Source: Parasitella parasitica NRRL 2501 (Eukaryota > Fungi > Mucoromycota). Taken from it: a stretch of DNA of 64,000 bases. The notes under the pieces were generated by a model. It ran no database searches. It was not told the origin of the DNA and saw only the letters and a program-made list of their open reading frames with translations. Each line of letters begins with the position of its first letter. Within the stretch, counting starts at the first letter, position 1. The position numbers and the translations under genes are program-made. Positions 24,789 to 36,283 of the stretch are shown here, piece after piece. Where the stretch lies: contig MU619334.1 in assembly GCA_025201805.1 (NCBI GenBank), positions 1 through 64,000 of the forward strand. Direction: 5' to 3'.

Positions 24789-25059
24789 TTTGAATATAAA
24801 AGAGAAGAAACAGGATCGTACACTGCCATTCAGCTTTAAATACCCGACTTTGTTGTTTTATCCACGAATCAACCGTATCTAACAATGTACAGGTCGAAAT
24901 CAGCTTTAGCATAGTCGAAATGAACAGGATGATTTGATGCTATTACAAAAAAAACGGCAGAGAACTTGTTTGTCTTTATCATCTTTTCTTTCGCATTCAC
25001 CTTTTTTTTTTTTTTTTTAAATATTTCAGTATCAAGGATTTTTCAGACATTATAACGGC

Positions 25060-28000
25060 ATGTCTCAAAATGATCCAGACGCCGTTTGGCAACTCCATAA
25101 AACATATTTCCCTGGTAAGCTATCTTTTTTGGGCTAACTTTGCACAACGCCAACGTTTTCTGCGTTACCATATCCGTAGATGTAGACACCTCCAAGTCTA
25201 CTATTGACCCGATTGACGCATTGATGGTGTACTCTAATTGTATTGCAAATGACTCGAACCAAATAGAAATGGTGCCACAAGACAATATGATACATGTGGG
25301 CAGCGTAAACTATCACCCAGATGACAATCTACAACGGAAAACATGTTCCTCCGTAGTCAATGAGGACAATGTCAACGTCGGCTTTATTCAAAATTGGAGC
25401 AGCAATGAAGGCTTACAGAGCACTAATACTGGTAGTGTTGGGCGCGCAATTGTGCAAGACAATAATGCTACTGTAATCAGTAGTAAAATAGCAGAGACAA
25501 CCAACTTGATCGAGATAAATAGTCCTGCTAACCATGAGTGCGAAATTTGCATCATGAACAGCAGAGACCGTGGCCCATTTGATAGAGTCAGTGTTTGCGG
25601 AAATTGTCAGGATCAATGGATCGGTTTTTTCCCAAGGAATGCTTTTAAAAAAACTATTGATGATAACGTATCGCAGATGCTTCAGGATCAACAAATACGA
25701 TTGACCCGCAACATGGCACAAGAACTGGTGGACGACTACGGATTCGGCCCCAATATACACGGTTATCGCCGCCACCGGCCTGTGCTGATTAATTTCCATC
25801 ATCAAGGCAATAGCAAGAAGGATTACGTTGGCGTCCTACATGAACAGAAGCAAGGAAAAGTCAAAGTCTGGGTTCCTGACTTTCACATGTTTGAGTGGCT
25901 CCCCGTTGGTAGTCGAAGGCTCAAAATAATGACTCCACATGAAGAAAAAGAAGCCAATCAGCTAGCAGGTACTATCGATACTTGTGTCAACGACGAAGCC
26001 TCACATTTACATGCAGAAACTCAACAAACGTACCATGAGCATAGCAAGCAGCAAACAGGATTAGATCGAGCGCCGGGTGAAAATAAAGCAAGACGAAAAA
26101 GGAAAAGAACAAACAGATCAAACGTTTCTGCTCAAGTATCGAATGCTGCTGCTATTGACGAAAACTACTTGACTATTGATACGTTTTCTACAAAAGAAGC
26201 TGTGCATCCGTTTAGTGACAGCGAAGGCTTCATCCCAAACTCCCATGGCTATACTAAAAACCAGCCTGTGCAAATTCTGGACGTTAAAAACGGCAAAACC
26301 AAGGGTTGGTGTCATGGAACGCTGGTAAAAATGCGGCTAGGTAACGTCAAGGTGCGCTATGAGAAAGGACCCGACTCGCACGAAGAATGGCTTGATATTG
26401 GCAGCCAAAGAATAAGGTTGGCTGGAGATGATGGTAGCTTTACATCCGAAGAATGCTTAATGTTGGTCGATGTAGACAACGTTTCTGAACATGAAGCAAA
26501 CAGCCTAGGGAAATTAGAACAGAAGACTAGCGACGTGGGTAGCAACAGTCGAAAACAGAATAACGCTAGGCCGGTAATGTCGCTCCGCATAGCTCAACTG
26601 AAAGCATCTGGAGCTACGCACTTTGCACCCAATGTCTATGGATATTACTACATGCAACATGTTACAGTCTTGAACAACGACAAAAAATATTATGAGGCGA
26701 GGATAACAAGCTTACAAAAAAACAAGGTTAAAATCCATTACTGTGGCTGGATCGACAAGTTTGATGAGCTAATGCCTCTTGGGAGCAAAAGAATACAAGT
26801 TTTAGACAATGATGAGCAGATTGGCTGTCTGGAACCAAACTACCGTGAGCGCTTTGAAGGAATGCTACATGTCAATAACCCATCTTGTAAACCTGATCAA
26901 AAGAAGAAAGCTATTGCTGACGACTCTAACCAGTGTCAAGAAGCAGAGAGCAAAGGTATATAAGCTAAAGTTTAATACTTTTAAAATTGCATACTCAATT
27001 ATTTATAATAGATATCAATGCGTCAAACGATATCGCCGTGACCCAGGTTTGGTGTAGTCAGTGCACAACAGAGATCAAGCAGTTCCGATACTATTGCTCT
27101 TACTGTGAAGGCTCGTCTTCCACCGCTCCAAACAATGGCCATAACAGCCAGAGTTTCCAGCTATGCCTTACTTGTTTTGATCACTGCTTTCCTAGCTGGC
27201 ACCAGCATCCTCGATCTGGATTTGCAACTCAAGCAGTTACCAATAACCTTCAGCAAGTGCATGACTCAGCTATATTGTGGGAGCAAGACATTTTGCAAGA
27301 GCAAGACTCCAATGCTGACATGCCGCTGGAAGCCAGCAAAGTATTTACAGGTATCGACGATATCTCGACCCAAGACAGACATGGCTACTTGTTTCTTCAG
27401 AAATGGAAAAATAGAAAGATGTGCGCGTTCTGCAACGATGACGAAGAAAATTCTCAAGAGCTTGGGTCGTTTGTAGGACCATTCATTAGCACGATTATGA
27501 AACTGGGGCAAGAAAAAAAGCGTGCTTTCTGGACTCATCACGCTTGTGCTCAATATTCGCCCGAAGTCGTTTATTCTGCGGAAGACGGGAAATGGTATAA
27601 TGTTACTCGCGCCTTGATACGAGGTCGAAGCATGGTATAGTTTGTACTAATTGCATCAAGAAAATTTGCTAATTAACTTGAAAAAAAAAAAAAAAGCGAT
27701 GCCATTTCTGTAAGGAAAAGGGTGCTACCATAGGATGCTTTGACTCCAAATGTTCTAAAAGTTTTCACTTGCCCTGCACCAAGAAACCTGTCAGTAATTT
27801 CAAGAATGGTGTCATTTTCTGGTGCAGTGTTCATGAAGCAGTGCATGAAAAAAAAGGTAAGTAAAATACCTATGCAGATGGGCTGATGTTACTGACGCTG
27901 AATGGAATAGATGCTTATATCAATGTTTTTCATTGTGACGCTTGCAGTAAGCAACTTTCTAAGGATGAGTCCTGGTTTACATGTGAATCATGCTCTTTGG

Positions 28001-30910
28001 TCAACTATTTTTCTTCCTTTGATCTGTGCAAGGAGGTAGGATAGGATGCATAGAATTGAAAAAATTGGCTAAAAACAGTTCATAGTGTTACAATAGTCAT
28101 AGTATACATGAGGGACACCATCATGATAAATCTGATTATAAAGAAACATGTAATGAAATCCAAGTTTTTGAGTAAACAATCAATATTAATGTGTGAATCT
28201 ATAGCTTACAAAAAGATAGAAGAATTAGAATCCATTCAAGAACAAAGTACGTATATAACTTCCTCTGCCGCCATTTACTCATCAAGTACATATTTTTGTC
28301 GCTATTAGCCAACAAGAATAACCCAACGAAAAAGACTCGATTATCTTCTCGGCGTCCTCGCAAGCTTCCTAACGGACCAGTAACGACAGAATGTTGTTAC
28401 TGTGGCACATCTGAAGCAGAAACATGGCGAAAGGGATACGATGGAGGTATTACAATGTGTGAAGCATGCTTTGGCGTGGTTTATACCAAGCAGTTAGCTC
28501 AGCAAGATGGCTCGTTTGTAACCGATAATTACGCTGCCTCTATTGAAGATTACTCTCATAAACCTTATTTTACTCGGGACACATTATGCTTTACAAAGCC
28601 AGTAATTGGACCTCGGCTAACTAGTTATGAGCCCCTACCAAATCAAAAGTTTTCGCTTACATTTGACTCGACTTATTTTGACATTCCTGGGAGGGCGCCT
28701 CGTTGGGCAACGCATTCTGGAACAGATTATCATGGTTTGTAACCTGACATGGAGTGTTATACATTCATAAACTTGAGTCTTACATGTTTCATACACTTTA
28801 AATATGAACTAGGAACTTGGCTGCCACAAACGGTTCGCAGGTATGGAATATATACAACTACTGTAGATGCAACTGACTGGAACATCACTAGAGCCTTGTT
28901 AAAATATACCAAGAAAAATGAGCGAGTGCTATCTAATTTCTTGGGCAGAGGTATAAAATTGGTCTAAACGATGGTGGTTCGAACACAAGTTTCTCATCGA
29001 ATGGATTTAGGAACCGATGCCATCGAGTGTTTCTTGTTACAACGAAAGTAAGCACTCATAGCTTGTTTGGAATGATTTGTTTATGATAACTCCTGTTTAT
29101 ATTCATATAAAGATGCTGCGGTATTGATATTAATCCGGTAAGGCATTAGGTAATTGTGTGGCATATAATAATGACTGACTCATCATGTTTTACTAGGCCG
29201 CTGTCGCTTTATCTCAACGCAATTGCTGCTTCCAAGTTCCAGCAGGCTTAACATTTGCTGAATATAGGCCAATTATTGCGTTGGCAGATGCCCGTCAATT
29301 AAATGGATCTTTGTTTAGTGATGAATCATATCATCATATATTGTCACATCCACCATATAAAGACTGTGTTGCTTACTCTACACATTTGAACGGTGATCTT
29401 TCTCGGTATATACTAATGAACATTTGATAGATATTTACATGTGCTGAAACGACTTTATTTTTATCTTTATAGTTTTACTCAAATTGAAGATTTCAAACAA
29501 GAATACACTCGTGTCATCCAAGAGAGTTACAGGTACTTGGAAAGTATGCTATTTTTTAAAAAAAAAACCAGCGACTGACTAGACAAAACAAGAGTACTCA
29601 AAATGAGCAGAAGAGTAACATTAGGCATTGGGGATAATCGAGAACACTGCTATTATATTCCAGTCGGTTTTCATCTGATACGGCTGTACATTGATCAAGG
29701 GTTTGAGCTAGAAGAGCTGGTAAGACAAGAAAAGAGTCTCAGAAAAGAAATCTAACATTATATGATGCGTAAAGATAGTAAAAAGACAACGATATTGTTC
29801 AGCATTTGGCCTTGGCACATATTTATGTGTTCAATTTGATTTTCTGATATTTACGCATGAGTTCATCGCTACATTCAAGAAAGTCCCTCATCATCAAATC
29901 GATAAAATGGCATTGGAATTGGATGATGGTACATTATGAATACTCAAATATGAATTGCTCATGATTTGAACTGTTAACTTGGAATTATAGAGCCCGATAT
30001 AGCTAATAGTTACAACATCACTTTGTATGGCATCCCACCTTCTGCTATTGTCAGGAAGAGCAGAGTCATGGGAACAGTGTGGACCTTCAAACCATCAACA
30101 CGATATTCATTTCAGTTATTATGTGTTAGTCGAATGATTGAAAGATTTGGTCAAGATGACTGTAATTGGATACACGTTGAATTCGTAATTGATATGTCGA
30201 GACGGGAACATGATCAACTAGAGGAATCAAGGTCCAGTGAGAAATTACAAATGACCATTAAAACTTTTACGGAAGGTAAAAAAAAAGCATCTAAAACAAT
30301 TAATCCGATTACTTAACACAGTATTTCATGTAGTCGAAACAATCTCAGGTTACGAACAAGCACGACAAAAAAAGATTCAAGAAAATAACGAAATTTTACT
30401 CAAATTGGTGGGGGATTTTTTTTTTCTTTCATGAAACATATGATACTAATCATGTAAAAGGGTCTTGTTTCTGATCTGAGCCAGGAGTCTATTGTAAATG
30501 ACAGTATCTATTGTGACATCATGTTGAACAAGAAACCTTACATCCGTGCTGATCTGGCTGTCATGGCAACAGGCCACCTTGAGAACCTATCGTCAAAACA
30601 GATCAATTTCTACCGGAAATCAATTATCCAAATTGCTAAAGATGCCATGATTCAATTGACAGTAAAAGGCTTGCTCATCATTGGCACAAAGGACGTTCGA
30701 GATGAAAAAACAGGCAAGCTGTGGCCAATTTCGATGCTTGTGCTAGAAGACATTGAAAGAACCACTAATGGGTTGAAATTAAAAGAATTGGTAACTACGG
30801 TTCCAGAAGGCTACTCCAAGAATAGAGACAGTACGGTAGAGCAGCAAGAACAAGAGCAAGTCCATCTACCAATTGTTCACGCTATTTATTTAATTTTCCA
30901 GAAACAATAA
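25060..30910 (+). CDS. metB: Multidomain chromatin-reader / DNA amino-methyltransferase (MetB-like putative 6mA writer); about 19 exons
   Basis: Spliced product: C2C2 finger; three Tudor/chromo-barrel repeats ending GSxR(L/I), the third with HYCGW..FDE; ZZ finger; extended PHD (CAFC...HHACA...RCHFCKEKGATIGC...FHLPC...WCSVH); second ZZ; GATA-type finger (CYCGTSEAETWRKGYDGGITMCEAC); then MTase with YHGTWLPQTVRR, motif I SNFLGRGT, GIDINP and motif IV SHPPY (29344-29358). The symbol is assigned from architecture, not from an alignment. Confidence 0.8.
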
Positions 30911-31074
30911 AATCCGAAACGCTTCTATTCTTATAATGGATAATCCATCTTGGTTGGTAAAATTTCATACAGCATGATCAAAGCGAGCTCGCTCTCCCTT
31001 TCTATCTTTTTCTTTTTCTATTTTTTCTATTTTTTTTTCTTTCTTTATCTCTTGCTATCTTGTAAGAAAAAAAA

Positions 31075-33435
31075 ATGTCTTTTCGAGTAGAGTTTAACCA
31101 AAGCATCTATGAGCCATGGAGGATCGAATATGTCGCATTTGACGCTATACTGAATGGATTGAAAGAGATATGTGAAAGCGGACATTGGACAAGACAAGAC
31201 GAAGAGGATTTTGAATCTGCTATTCGACTTGAAGCGGGAAAGGTCGACTTGTTTATTAATCGTAAACAGCGAGAGATCGAATCGAGAATTTTGTATTGTC
31301 AACGATTCTTATCGCAGCAAGAATCTATGAGTGAAGCGACTCGCAATTCGACAGATGACACACTCACAGACATATTAGCCGACATCTATGACTTGACCGA
31401 GTTTACTCGATTCAATTTTAAAGCATTGGAGAAGCTAATCCAAGAGCATGACCGATTGACCAACACAAACAGACAGCCTCTTTTGGTAGAAGTGTCCCGA
31501 ACACGCCCCTTGGACTGTCAGCGATTTGACGGCATTTTGGTCCAAGCGTCTTCGTTACTGGATAAATGCAGAGATAGATTAGCAGTATATGACAACAATA
31601 GCACCGGGAGCACGGCGAAAACACGTCGACAAGATGTCTTGAGCGCCCGATATTGGATTCACCAAGATAATGTCACCGAAGTCAAGGCTATCCTGCTATT
31701 CAATCTACCTATATTCGACCACGACTCGTATGTACAGAGCGAGCGAACAGTGTCCTACGTCTATTTGGACAACGCTTTATTCAGCGAATACACGGCTCAA
31801 CTGCAATCCGACAATGGCACTGAACTGATTACATGTCGGTGGGATGGAGACATCGACTCTGCGAGCCAGGTATTCGTTGAAAGATATGTGTTTGTCAAAG
31901 GCGGTTCCTCGACACAAGAAAGCATTGCGATAGATAAGCATCGGTTGCATGACTTTGTTGTTACTGCAAGTTACTCGGCCGAGGAATATGCACAAGGCCT
32001 GAAGAGTGTGGGCTTTGATCAGAATTACGTTGATTCGAGTTACACGATAGCAAAGTCCATCCAGGATTCTATCAGTGCGAAGCAGTTAAAACCCAAGCTA
32101 CGGATCCATTTTAACCGGCTGCTATTTGAGGCGCCCCACGACAAGACTCTGTCTGTATCACTTGATAATGATGTAAACCTGGGTGCAACATTGGACAAGC
32201 CTAATAGTAGTAGTGCAGATTGGCTCAGCGATAACCATGGCATTTTGGATAATAGGCATCGGTTCCCTCATGCCATCTTGGAAACTCGCTTGCTGAACCA
32301 AACCCCTCCTCTATGGCTGTCGCGCTTGCTCGAGTCCAACTTGGTATATGAGGTACCCCGCTTTTCGATTGGTTTGCATGGCATTGCGCATTTCTGGAGT
32401 CCGCAATTGCCATTGCTACCATGGTGGTTAACTCAAATCGACATTGACATCCGCACAGGCAAAAAACAAGACAGGTTGTTAGTCGAAGGCGCAAGCGAGT
32501 ATTCAGGTTTAACGCGGTCCAACAGTTTGCGGCCATTGGTTGACGGGCAGTATCGCATGGGCTATCTAGAAACACAGCTGCAAAAGGCCCATCCTCAACG
32601 ACAACGATCCATTCATCCACACGACTCACAACACAGTAACCGCCATCAAAGCATCGTCATCACAGACGAGACTCTAAATTCAGTTTTGGATTCCAAGGAG
32701 AAAGGCCTAGAATATGCTGTGCAACTCGAGGATGCTAATGCAAGCAGACTGACATTGCAGTCCACCCCCACAGCAACCGACGAGCAGGAAGGATTACGAT
32801 CCCGCAGCAGCATCAAATCGCAAGCACCGGCGCAACATTTCAGTGATTTCTACAGGCCTCAAGAGGGGGGTTCGCAAGCGTACATGCTGCAGGACCCACA
32901 CACAATCAAAGACAACGACCAGATGCGGAAATCCATGCTTACAGAATTGGCACAGGAAAAGGAGGAAAAGAAGAAGAAAAAGAAACACAAGCCGCCCCAG
33001 CATACGATGGAGCCAAAGCTGTTCTTTGCCAACGAGCGAACCTTTATCAATTGGCTGCAGTTCTCTGCTTTGATTATGACAGCTGCGTTGACTTTGCTCA
33101 ATTTCGGAGATCATGTTAGTGCCATTGCCGGCGCTACGTTTTTTGGCATCTCAATGGTGATTGCGTTGTATGCCTTCTTTAGATATCGATATCGTGCATA
33201 TCAGATGAGCACTCGACCGGACATACGATACGATGACCTTTTTGGCCCTGTTGGGCTCTGTTGTCTGCTACTGGGGGCTATGGCGGTAAGGAAAACAAAA
33301 ATGTAGCCTTAGATGGTGGATTAACACTTTATGTAATAGCTCAACTTTGCTCTTCGCTGGCAGCATCCCTCTGCTTCTGACACTTATTTGGGTGTAAGCA
33401 ACAAGACAGACGAGCAATCCAGCAGCAATTCCTGA
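31075..33435 (+). CDS. VTC complex subunit, Vtc2/3-like (SPX + degenerate TTM/VTC domain + DUF202 three-TM anchor); 2 exons
   Basis: SPX-like N-terminus, RYWIHQDNVTEVKAILL, EVPRFSIGLHG, and MEPKLFFANERTFINWLQ followed by three hydrophobic segments. The intron at about 33286-33339 leads to LNFALRWQHP...* ending at 33435. Confidence 0.9.
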
Positions 33436-33821
33436 TTCTGAAGCACAAAGTTATAAATAAAAATGCAAATAAAAATGCTATTTTTAACAAGAGCGTGGTG
33501 TTTGGTTTCCATGACAAAAAAAAACTGCCCTTGATTTAGCCATGATAGAACTTTTTTTTTTTTTTTTTTTTCACCCAAAATTATCCGTTAATGGCGAGTC
33601 AATCTTTGGGTGTGTATTATGTTTGATGGTACCCGAGAATGGACACGTTTCATCTTACAAAAATATACTCCAAGCGATCTGTTTAACCGCAACATTTGAA
33701 AAACCCAACCACGGCTGATAGACCACGGAGTTTTTTACCTGGTTTCATACCAGCGAAAAAAGAACCACAAATTCAATTATAAATAGGTTTTAATCACCTC
33801 TAAAACCGAAAAAAAAAAAGC

Positions 33822-33860
33822 GCACACACACAACCACACACACACACATACACACACACA
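33822..33860. repeat. Interrupted (CA)n microsatellite upstream of the VTC4-like gene
   Basis: gcacacacacacaaccacacacacacacatacacacacacaca read directly. Confidence 0.9.
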
Positions 33861-33931
33861 TATTTAAATAAGTCGCTTTCTTTCTCTTGTTGTTGCTCTT
33901 TCTCTTTTTCTTCTTGCTTGAAATCTACACC

Positions 33932-35629
33932 ATGAAATTCGCTGATCAACTTCAAAAAGGTATCTTTGCTCCTTGGCGTCTGTCGTACATGAATTATGAC
34001 GTCTTGAAGACTGAGCTCAAGGCAAGACAGCTTGATCACGGCTGGACTGATCAGGATGAAAAGGATTTTATTCACTTATTGGAAAACGAACTGGAAAAGG
34101 TGTATGATTTCATCACTGCAAAGCTAGGCGAAGTGGAGGCAAGAATCAGCTACTGCGAAAGAACGTTGCAGACATTTATGAACAACCCCTCGTGGTCGTC
34201 TGAGCAAAACTGGAATATCATGGACGATGCCCTCACTGAGGTCCTGTTTGACGTTAATGATCTTGCCAAATTCACCCGTCTGAACTACATTGGGTTCCAA
34301 AAGATCCTCAAAAAGCACGATAAATGGACTGGTCTCCACCTCCAACAAAGCTTTATCCCTCAATTGCGTGCCAAACCTCTTGATAAGCAGCGTTTTGATG
34401 TTGCCATTGTCTACATCTCTGCTCTGCATGATCTCTGCCGTCTCCAAGGAAAGCCCCGTACCGGCAATGCTGCTGCAGGAGGTGACCAGAATGCCTTTGA
34501 ACGCGCCACTGCTAAATACTGGATCCATCCCGATAATGTCACAGAAGTCAAGTCTATCATCATGCTGCATTTACCCGTCTTGATCTTTAACAAGGACAAG
34601 AAGTTTGAAGTCTCTGACTCTGCCATCTCTAGCATCTATTATGACAATGAGGATTTTGATCTCTATACCGGGCGTCTTCAGCGCGATGAGGGTGCTGAGG
34701 CTATTCGTTTCCGTTGGTATGGGCCCATGGAGTCAAAGAATGTCTTTATCGAGCGTAAAACCCATCATGCTTCATGGCTGGATGGCGCCTCTGTCAAAGA
34801 TCGCTTCAGACTGGATGTGGATGATGTAGAAAAGTATGTCGACTATGAATTGACTCCTGACGAGATTACAGAGCGTCTGCGTGCCAAGAATGTGGATGAA
34901 AAAATCTGCAAGGATACTGAATTCATTGCTACTGGTGTTCAAACGTCTCTCAAGGAAAAGAGCCTCAGCCCTGTTCTCCGTGCTTTTTACAACCGTACCG
35001 CCTTCCAGCTTCCTGGCGATCAACGTGTTAGAGTAAGTCTGGACACTGATTTGTCCTTTATTCGTGAGGACAATATGGACGACAAGGTGCGCAGAGCCAA
35101 GAGTGAATGGCGTCGTCCCGACGTCGCCATTGACTATCCGTTCCCTCAGCTGGATGAAACTGAGATTTGCCGCTTCCCATATGCCGTCTTAGAGACCAAG
35201 TTACAGACCCATTTAGGCCAAGAGCCTCCAGAATGGCTGACAAAGTTGGTTGATTCTCACCTGGTTCATGAAGTCCCTCGTTTCTCAAAGTACCTTCATG
35301 GCGCTTGCTACTTTTTCCGTGATCGCATGCCTTTGCTACCTTGGTGGTTGCCTGAAATGGACATTGACATCCGCAAGCCTCGTGCTACCAACTTTGGTCT
35401 AACTCGCTCCAAGTCATTCAAACCTCTTATTGATGGTCAATACCGCCGTGCCATGGAAGCCGAAGAACGCCGTCTCAATGATGTTGCCAAAACTGAATCT
35501 GTTCCTGGCGTCAAAGTGAATAGCCTTGTTGATGACAACAAGCAGACCAACAGAACCACCAAACCCACACCAAACACTGATCTTAAGCGTCGCACACCAG
35601 CATCAACAACAGCATCACAAGCCAAATAA
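33932..35629 (+). CDS. VTC4: Vtc4-like polyphosphate polymerase (SPX + intact catalytic tunnel domain) lacking the C-terminal DUF202 membrane anchor; 565 aa, intronless
   Basis: MKFADQL...NYDVLK...GFQKILKKHDK (SPX). FERATAKYW, AIRFRWYG, FIERKTH, KDRF, YNRTAFQ, RVRVSLDT, LETKL and FSKYLHG carry the Vtc4 catalytic basic residues. The protein ends in a polar tail with no ANERT/TM segment. Confidence 0.9.
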   Translation: MKFADQLQKGIFAPWRLSYMNYDVLKTELKARQLDHGWTDQDEKDFIHLLENELEKVYDFITAKLGEVEARISYCERTLQTFMNNPSWSSEQNWNIMDDALTEVLFDVNDLAKFTRLNYIGFQKILKKHDKWTGLHLQQSFIPQLRAKPLDKQRFDVAIVYISALHDLCRLQGKPRTGNAAAGGDQNAFERATAKYWIHPDNVTEVKSIIMLHLPVLIFNKDKKFEVSDSAISSIYYDNEDFDLYTGRLQRDEGAEAIRFRWYGPMESKNVFIERKTHHASWLDGASVKDRFRLDVDDVEKYVDYELTPDEITERLRAKNVDEKICKDTEFIATGVQTSLKEKSLSPVLRAFYNRTAFQLPGDQRVRVSLDTDLSFIREDNMDDKVRRAKSEWRRPDVAIDYPFPQLDETEICRFPYAVLETKLQTHLGQEPPEWLTKLVDSHLVHEVPRFSKYLHGACYFFRDRMPLLPWWLPEMDIDIRKPRATNFGLTRSKSFKPLIDGQYRRAMEAEERRLNDVAKTESVPGVKVNSLVDDNKQTNRTTKPTPNTDLKRRTPASTTASQAK

Positions 35630-36283
35630 ATTCTTAGATTCATGATAGAAACATAAAATTATTTTCTCAACGACAACTTGCTCCCAACAAATTATCAACT
35701 ATATATACATTGACCTCCTTTTTCTCTTTAAACACATACAGCTAATCTTTTTATATCTTTGAAATGTATATATACGCCTTGAATATTTTATTATTTTACG
35801 TTTTTAACAACCAACAAAAAAAAAAAGAATATATTTATATTTATATATACATTTATATGCATTAAAATTATACATCTCATTTCAAAGAGAAAGAAAAAGG
35901 GGATTACCTACTCTCAAAAATAGTCTGTGAAGCCTCTTTATGTCATTTACCAACCACATGATGAAATGATTCTTCCAGCCTGCCTTTGTAATTCTATACA
36001 TGTTATCATGATCCTTGATCATATCCTCCTGTATTTTTGTGTGCAACGTGTATTCAGAGCGGAACAAGCATAACATAAACGGATAAAGCTTCACATCGAT
36101 GTAAAAACTCTGTTGACCAAATGAACTCATTGTTCTTTCTTGGCCTGTGTTTTTCAGAATTGCATAGGCACTCTTAGGCTTGATGTGCTTTTTCCTGTAC
36201 AGCGTTTCCAAAGCAAATGCCCGTCTTGATTGTTTTCCAAGTCTTTATTAATTTTTTTTTATTTAAAATGGAATGTGGGGCTA

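Noticed and set aside
28800-29930. Bacterial contamination or a restriction-modification system as the source of the MTase
   Set aside because: The domain is split by many spliceosomal introns and fused to eukaryotic chromatin domains; no nuclease partner is nearby.
30982-30993. Perfect palindrome AGCGAGCTCGCT upstream of the first VTC gene
   Set aside because: A single 12-bp palindrome is expected by chance in 64 kb.
35882-36211. 109-aa minus-strand ORF, or a missing TM exon for VTC4
   Set aside because: Non-ATG start, no family motif, lies in the AKR 3' region, and no ANERT/DUF202 motif was seen between 35630 and 36280.
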